This document shows positions 58,757-64,000 of a DNA stretch of 64,000 bases, piece after piece. The notes under the pieces were generated by a model. The model did not search any database and was not told the DNA's origin. It saw nothing but the letters and a program-made list of their open reading frames with translations. Position 1 is the stretch's first letter. The number at the start of each line of letters is the position of its first letter. Origin of the DNA: Escherichia coli (lineage in GTDB: Bacteria > Pseudomonadota > Gammaproteobacteria > Enterobacterales > Enterobacteriaceae); NCBI RefSeq assembly GCF_003018235.1, contig NZ_CP027437.1; one strand, 5' to 3'. A program made the translations under genes and the position numbers.

Positions 58757-58954
58757 TTAGCAGCAGCGCGCGCCGCCTTTTCCACCGTAGCGCGCGTCCT
58801 GCCGCTCACGGAAAAACTCCTCGTAGGTCATCGGCGTTTGATCGGGATGGTTAACCCGCATATGTTCGACATAGTTGTCGTAATCAGGCATACCAATCAT
58901 CAGTTTCGCCGCCTGACCTAAATATTTTCCGGCTTTTGCCAGTGAATCAAACAT
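58757..58954 (-). CDS. ybdD: Small DUF466-family protein downstream of cstA
   Basis: 65-aa [61 protein letters not shown]... Confidence 0.88.
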   Translation of the reverse strand: MFDSLAKAGKYLGQAAKLMIGMPDYDNYVEHMRVNHPDQTPMTYEEFFRERQDARYGGKGGARCC

Positions 58955-59066
58955 CTAAACCTCCGGTAATACAAATGCCCTCCTGAATTAAGAGGGCTTA
59001 ATTGCTATCAACACGCTCGGGCTGAGAGTAAGGGGAACGCTCAGCACATCCCCCCTCACTCTGACT

Positions 59067-61039
59067 TTAGTGCGCGCCTTTCGCCTGCGCCACGATCTCT
59101 TCGACATTTTCCGGCATCGGCTCATATGGCGTTTCTTTCGCCGTTGGCTTCGGCTCTTTCAATGCCGCCAGTGCCGTCTTAATCGAGAACAGCGCCAGAA
59201 CCACCACGACCACCATAAAGAAGATGGTTAACCCGGCATCAAGACGGTTGTTGAATACCAGTTGCGCCAGCTGTGACTCAGTATACTGCGACGGAATATT
59301 GCCGCTGTCGATCATTGCCTGGAACTTATTAGCAATCGCCTGGAAGCCGACTTTCGCATCCGGGCTAAACGCTTTCTGCCAGCCTGCGGTCAGGGTACAA
59401 ATCAGCAGCCAGGCCGTTGGTACCAGCGCCACCCAGGCGTAACGTTGACGTTTCATTTTGAACAGCACCACAGCACAGAGCATCAGCGCCATCCCTGCCA
59501 GCATCTGGTTGGCAATACCAAACAGCGGCCACAAGGTGTTAATACCGCCCAGCGGATCGACCACACCCTGATGGAGGAAGTAGCCCCACGCCAGTACGCA
59601 CAGCGCCGTTGCCAGCAGGTTAGCAGGCAGTGAATCGGTCCGTTTCAGGCCCGGAGACACCACGCCCAGCAGATCCTGCAACATAAAGCGCGCAGCACGC
59701 GTACCTGCATCCACCGCCGTCAGAATAAACAGTGCTTCAAACAAAATGGCGAAGTGATACCAGAACGCCACATCCATCATGCCGCCCAGCGCGCCGTGCA
59801 GAATGTAGGCCATCCCCACCGCCAGCGTCGGCGCACCGCCCGCACGGGAAATGATCGACTGTTCACCCACTTCGCTGGCAATCTGGTTGAGCGTATCTGG
59901 TGTAATGCTAAATCCCCAGCTACTCACCACCTGCGCGGCAGAAGCAACCACATCCGCCGTACCTGCCGGAGCCAGCACCGCCATCGGGCTGTTCATAGCG
60001 AAGTACACACCCGGATCGATGATACAGGCGGAAACCAGCGCCATAATCGCTACGAAGGATTCCATTAACATCCCGCCGTAGCCGATAAAACACGCCTGCC
60101 CTTCGTTCGCCAGCATCTTCGGCGTGGTACCGGAAGAGATCAGCGCATGGAAGCCAGACACCGCGCCACAAGCGATGGTGATAAACAGGAACGGGAACAG
60201 GTTACCGGTCCATACCGGGCCTGTGCCATCGACAAATTTAGTTAGCGCAGGCATGGTCAGCGTCGGGCGCATAATCAAAATGCCTACCGCCAGACCGACG
60301 ATAGTCCCGATTTTCAGGAAGGTTGAGAGGTAGTCACGCGGAGCCAGCAGCAGCCACACCGGCAGCACCGCCGCCACAAAACCGTAACCCACCAGCATCC
60401 AGGTCAGCTGCACGCCGGTAAAGTCAAAGTACGGTGCCCAGGTCGGGCTTTCTGCCACCCAGCCGCCAGAGATAATGGCGAAAATCAGGAACACCAGACC
60501 AATCACCGACACTTCGCCAATACGCCCCGGACGCAGATAACGCAGGTAGATCCCCATAAACAGCGCCAGCGGAATGGTGAACGCAACGGTATACGTTCCC
60601 CACGGGCTATGGGTCAGGGCTTTCACCACGATCATCGCCAGCACGGCAAGGATAATGACCATGATCATAAAGCAGGCCACCAGCGCAATCACCCCGGCAG
60701 GTAACCCATTTGCGCCGCCAGCACCGGCCCCACCAGCGGGCCTGCTCCGGCAATGGCCGCAAAATGGTGACCGAACAGCACTTTTTTGTCCGTCGGCACA
60801 TAGTCCAGCCCGTCGTTATGGCGCACCGCTGGCGTCATACGCGTCGGGTCAACCGCCAGCACATTTTTGGCGATATACAGGCCATAAAAACGGTAAGCGA
60901 TCAGATAGATACAGACCGACGCCACCACAATCCACAGCGCGTTGATCTGTTCCCCACGATTTAAAGCAATGTATCCCAGAGCAAATGCTCCCATTACAGA
61001 GAGCACTGTCCAGACGAGGTATTTCCCTGATTTGTTCAT
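59067..61039 (-). pseudogene. cstA: cstA (CstA-family peptide/pyruvate transporter) split into two reading frames
   Basis: N-terminal ORF 60689..61039 (116 aa, ends ...AAQMGYLPG then TGA) and C-terminal ORF 59067..60692 (541 aa, begins GVIALVACFMIMVIIL) are in different frames and overlap by 4 bp; combined length is roughly 44 residues short of the ~700-aa full-length protein I recall. Confidence 0.6.
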
Positions 61040-61158
61040 AGTTGTTATCCGTGTGCGTGTCCATAGAGATGTTACATTTTGTTTCTATAACATCTTTGCG
61101 CAATTTAACAACACAGCAACCATGTAAATCGGAGTTGAAACCAATATTTAACTTAACA

Positions 61159-61176
61159 ATGTTAACTCGATCACTC
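61159..61176. promoter_or_regulatory. Candidate CRP-like site upstream of cstA
   Basis: Minus-strand GTGATCGAGTTAACA resembles TGTGA-N6-TCACA, about 120 bp upstream of the cstA start. Confidence 0.3.
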
Positions 61177-61219
61177 CGTTAACCGAGTTTTCCTGCAATC
61201 TCATTTAATTCTGTCGGGT

Positions 61220-62381
<1,162 letters not shown>

Positions 62382-62382
<1 letters not shown>

Positions 62383-63239
62383 TATTTCACCTCGCGGGAA
62401 AGTAGCTTCCACCAGGCGTCGATGGTCGGGTTTTTCGCCAGCATGACAAAGTCGATATCGCCATGCACTTTGCGCCAGCGCGCCGCCAGCGCCATCATCC
62501 GCACCGAATCCAGACCGTAGTCGATCAGGTTGTCGTCATCGAACGGTTCATCGGACTCGTCCAGCAACGGCAGGATCACCTCACGCAGCGCCGCTTTGCT
62601 GGCGGGGATAGGTGCTGGCAGTAATTCTTCGGTCATCACCACCCGGCCAGAACGTCCGGCCACATATTTCAGCGACATCAAATGCTCGTCACGGCTGAAA
62701 TCGGCCAGCGCATCTGCCACCATAAACGGTTTAATATCGCGCATAAATGCGTCGGTTGCGGTGGTCATACAGCCAATGTGGGCATATACCCCGGTAATAA
62801 TCAGCTGGTTACGTCCACTCTCTTTCAGCATTTGCTCCAGCGGGGAACGATGAAACGCGCTATAGCGCCACTTCACCAGCACCGTGTCGTCGGCATCTGG
62901 CGTCAGGCTATCCACCACCTTTTGCTGTTCCGGCGAACGGGTCAGGCCAGGCCCCCACATATCATTCAACAGCGCCCGATCTTCATCGCTCTGCTCTTTC
63001 GGCTGGGCGGTGTAATAAACCGGGATATTGTGCTGTTTGCAGTAGTCGCGTAGTGCCGCAATATTCGCGATCACCTGCTCCATCATCGGGCAGTTCTCGC
63101 CCCAGAAGCTGACAAAATAGTCCTGCATATCATGGATTAACAACGCGGCACGTTGCGGTTCAAAGGCCCAGTCGACTTTATTCTGCGGAATATCGTGAGA
63201 CTCCGGCAGTGCGTAAGCCTGTAATTTTGGAATAGCCAT
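62382..63239 (-). CDS. entB: Isochorismatase / aryl carrier protein
   Basis: 285-aa ORF with N-terminal isochorismatase domain and C-terminal ArCP (LIDYGLDSVRMMAL phosphopantetheine site). Confidence 0.94.
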
Positions 63240-63252
63240 CGTGTTCTCTCCT

Positions 63253-64000
63253 TCAGGCTGATGCGCGTGACGCCAGCCACTGACGTAATTGTTTTTTATC
63301 GACTTTCCCGACCGCCGTCAGCGGAAGTGAATCCACACACTCCACGCGATCCGGTAATTTAAATTCGGCAATACCCTGTTCACGCAGGAAACGACGCACC
63401 TGCACCGCGCGTAGAGGCTCTTTTACCACCAGATAAGCACAGCTTTTTTCGCCCATCAGCTCATCTTCCATGCTCACCAGTGCGGCGTAGATCACCGCCG
63501 GATGGCGCAGCAGCAGGTTTTCGATCTCTTCGGCAGCGATCTTCTCGCCGCCACGGTTGATCTGATCTTTCTCGCGCCCCTGCACGGTGATGTACCCCTC
63601 TGGATCAATAGAGATCAGATCGCCGGAACAGTAAAAACCGTTGGCATCAAAGGCGCTGGCATTGTGCTGCGGGCTTTTGTAATAGCCACGGAAGGTGTAC
63701 GGACCGCGCGTCATCAGGCGTCCAACTTCTCCTTGCGGTAGTGGATTTCCTTCAGCATCGGCAACCCACACTTCATCGTCCGGACACATTGGATAGCCCT
63801 GGGTATGGATAATTTTCTCCGCGCTATCATCAAGACGGGTGTAGTTCACCAGCCCTTCCGCCATGCCAAACACCTGCTGCAACTGGCAGCCAATCTCAGC
63901 GGGAATACGCGCCGCAAGCGTGGCAGAAAGACGTGCGCCGCCGACCTGTAACAGTTTTAGCGAGGCAAGCTGCGCCTGGCTTTCGCCTTCGGTCAGCGCC
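63253..64000 (-). CDS. entE: 2,3-dihydroxybenzoate-AMP ligase, C-terminal part (gene continues beyond window end)
   Basis: ORF 63253..63882 plus open frame to window edge; adenylation-domain C-terminal motifs ([24 protein letters not shown]). Confidence 0.88.
   Translation of the reverse strand, partial: ALTEGESQAQLASLKLLQVGGARLSATLAARIPAEIGCQLQQVFGMAEGLVNYTRLDDSAEKIIHTQGYPMCPDDEVWVADAEGNPLPQGEVGRLMTRGPYTFRGYYKSPQHNASAFDANGFYCSGDLISIDPEGYITVQGREKDQINRGGEKIAAEEIENLLLRHPAVIYAALVSMEDELMGEKSCAYLVVKEPLRAVQVRRFLREQGIAEFKLPDRVECVDSLPLTAVGKVDKKQLRQWLASRASA

Overview
This 64-kb window is an ordinary enterobacterial core-chromosome segment, not an accessory island. The gene content and order match Escherichia coli from nagA to entE, read in the opposite orientation to the usual K-12 map. 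I found no IS element, prophage, integrase, CRISPR array or obvious defence or toxin cassette. In order: nagA (3' end), nagC, nagD, asnB, a seven-gene tRNA operon (Met-Leu-Gln-Gln-Met-Gln-Gln), ubiF, miaB, ybeZ-ybeY-corC-lnt, gltI-[SroC]-gltJKL, rihA, ybeL, leuS-lptE-holA-nadD-cobC, rsfS-rlmH-mrdA-mrdB-rlpA, dacA, ybeD, lipB, ybeF, lipA, tatE, ybeM, crcB, cspE, pagP, dcuC, dpiA/dpiB, citCDEFXG-citT, rna, rnk, uspG, ahpCF, dsbG, ybdO-ybdN-ybdM, ybdL, ybdH, ybdD-cstA, entH-entA-entB-entE (5' part outside window). All calls rest on reading the translated ORFs and on recalled family and gene-order knowledge; no database search was run. The points worth a second look are: (1) cstA is split into two reading frames, consistent with a roughly 130-bp internal deletion; (2) the AT-rich ybdO-ybdN-ybdM cassette (LysR regulator, PP-loop PAPS-reductase-like enzyme, ParB-like protein) is functionally uncharacterised and is the only candidate here for a poorly described system; (3) compared with my recollection of K-12, the rihA-ybeL and rnk-uspG junctions lack genes (hscC/djl block and ybdR); (4) a possible 29-codon hydrophobic small ORF lies between rnk and uspG.
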